A DNA stretch of 64,000 nucleotides from Acidimicrobiia bacterium (lineage in GTDB: Bacteria > Actinomycetota > Acidimicrobiia > Spongiisociales > ZC4RG35), in contig CBDBCY010000004.1 in NCBI GenBank assembly GCA_965203555.1, forward strand, positions 136,961 through 200,960, given 5' to 3'. Positions 62,930 to 64,000 of the stretch are shown one piece after another. The position numbers were made by a program, and so were the translations under genes. Under the pieces are notes generated by a model. It saw nothing but the letters and a program-made list of their open reading frames with translations. It did not search any database and had not been told where the DNA came from. Every line of letters starts with the position of its first letter. Positions within the stretch are counted from its first letter, which is position 1.

Positions 62930-63784
62930 ATGACTCTCGCCGATCTGGAGGGCATGGTTTTCGGGCCCGAGCCCCTGCGGGTTTCCAGGGACCGCGTCGC
63001 CGCCTACGTGGAGGTAACCGGCGACCAACCCGATCGATGGGGCGATGTCGCTCCGCCCGGCATGGCCGGCGCCGCGTTGTTTGCGGTAGCTCCCACGTTG
63101 CTTTCTCATCCGGCGGTTATGGCCGAGGGCGGTGCGGCGATTCACGGGGAGCAGGTCTTCATATGGAAGGCCCCACTTCAGGCGGAGGCAACCTGGTCGG
63201 TGGTAGGTGAGGTCAAGCGGGTGCGACATCGTCGGGGCGTCTGGTTTGTGGACTTTTCCGCAGCCGTCGCCGACTCCCATGGCGGGACAATGGTGGAGGG
63301 CAGGTCTTCTTTCCTGATCGCCGGAGGTAGCCCGCCGGCTCGGAGCGGGACGGTGGATACCGAACCGCCTCCCCATCACCGTGCCGACAACCGACCGGCG
63401 TCCGGCGCCGACCTTCCCGAGGTGGGCTGTGAGACTCCCACGCTCTCCAAATCGGCGAGTCGTGCGGATCTGATTCGCTACGCCGCGGTCACCAGGGATT
63501 GGAATCCGATCCACTGGGATCATCAGTCGGCGGTGGGAGCGGGGCTTCCGGGCGTGGTGGTGCACGGATTGGCCTGCGCAGCCTGGATGTGCCAGGGCGT
63601 CACCCGGTTGCTGGACGGAGAGGCGCCCATTGGTAGAGCCAAGTTCCGGTTTCGGCGGCCGCTACGCCCCGCGGTGTCCGCGCAGGTGGAGGGCAGGCGG
63701 ACCGGTGAAGACCGGTTCGCAATGCGTTTGGTCTCGGAAGGACACGTTCTCATCACAGCCACGATGGAGACGGCGCTCCATTAG
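62930..63784 (+). CDS. Fused double-hotdog MaoC-like (R)-specific dehydratase (HadA-like N-half + HadB-like C-half)
   Basis: ATG at 62930. The C-terminal half has the hydratase-2 motif RDWNPIHWD...GLPGVVVHG. The N-terminal half is a non-catalytic hotdog. Located right after rpmG, where mycobacteria carry hadA-hadB-hadC. Confidence 0.75.
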   Translation: MTLADLEGMVFGPEPLRVSRDRVAAYVEVTGDQPDRWGDVAPPGMAGAALFAVAPTLLSHPAVMAEGGAAIHGEQVFIWKAPLQAEATWSVVGEVKRVRHRRGVWFVDFSAAVADSHGGTMVEGRSSFLIAGGSPPARSGTVDTEPPPHHRADNRPASGADLPEVGCETPTLSKSASRADLIRYAAVTRDWNPIHWDHQSAVGAGLPGVVVHGLACAAWMCQGVTRLLDGEAPIGRAKFRFRRPLRPAVSAQVEGRRTGEDRFAMRLVSEGHVLITATMETALH

Positions 63785-63829
63785 TCGGGCGTCTTTGCCC
63801 AGAATCAAGCCCCGGTAGTCTGTAACCCC

Positions 63830-64000
63830 ATGAGCGCGCGTCCGGTCAAAAGGGATGACGAACACGAGTTGCTGGCCCGAGCCAGAGAGGGTGACAGGGA
63901 AGCCTTCTCGGTTCTGGCCCGGCGGCACCAGCACCAGGTGTTCACTTTGGCGATGCGTTTGGCGGGAGACCACGACTTGGCAGCAGACATATCCCAGGAA
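63830..64000 (+). CDS. RNA polymerase sigma-70 family (ECF-type) sigma factor, 5' partial (runs off the window end)
   Basis: ELLARAREGDREAFSVLARRHQHQVFTLAMRLAGDHDLAADISQE is a typical sigma region 2.1/2.2. Confidence 0.6.
   Translation, partial: MSARPVKRDDEHELLARAREGDREAFSVLARRHQHQVFTLAMRLAGDHDLAADISQE

Overview
This 64-kb window comes from a high-GC (about 65%) chromosome with Actinobacteria-like gene order and consists almost entirely of conserved housekeeping genes.

Contents, in order on the + strand:
- lepA-hemW-hrcA-dnaJ, then a HIT protein.
- phoH, a 7TM-HD membrane receptor, ybeY, corC, era.
- A 1.2-kb intergenic region holding two direct copies of a small coiled-coil ORF.
- Pyruvate carboxylase and isocitrate dehydrogenase.
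- A MazF-family toxin/antitoxin pair.
- nadA-nadC and a GT2 glycosyltransferase.
- An uninterrupted str-S10-spc-alpha ribosomal superoperon (rpsL-rpsG-fusA-tuf-rpsJ through secY-adk-map-infA-rpmJ-rpsM-rpsK-rpsD-rpoA-rplQ).
- truA and a HAD hydrolase.
- rplM-rpsI-glmM, a glmS ribozyme and glmS.
- acpS-nnr-alr, an IMPDH-family protein, UDG, tsaE-tsaB-rimI-tsaD.
- CIRCE-groES-groEL and htpX.
- tRNA-Tyr/Thr/Met, a second identical tuf, rpmG, a fused HadAB-like dehydratase, and the start of an ECF-type sigma factor.

The stand-out observation is that both tuf copies are identical 1.2-kb blocks whose coding strand is almost free of A and C at every synonymous position. Roughly the first 376 codons end in G or T, every Leu is TTG, and every Arg is CGG, CGT or AGG. 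This is a saturated synonymous C->T and A->G pattern in an otherwise C-ending codon-usage genome.

The 3' end of fusA and all of rpsJ, on either side of tuf copy 1, are also low-GC.

Other notable items:
- A glmS ribozyme in an actinobacterium-like context.
- Two small low-GC islands: a small protein plus a DUF2335-like membrane protein between glmS and acpS, and a lipoprotein after groEL.
- Single-base homopolymer frameshifts in dnaJ and nadA.
- A nadC with no canonical start codon.
- A duplicated 9-aa-repeat coiled-coil ORF with a 27-nt VNTR.

The ORF track uses ATG/GTG/TTG starts and its coordinates include the stop codon; several starts were moved after inspection.
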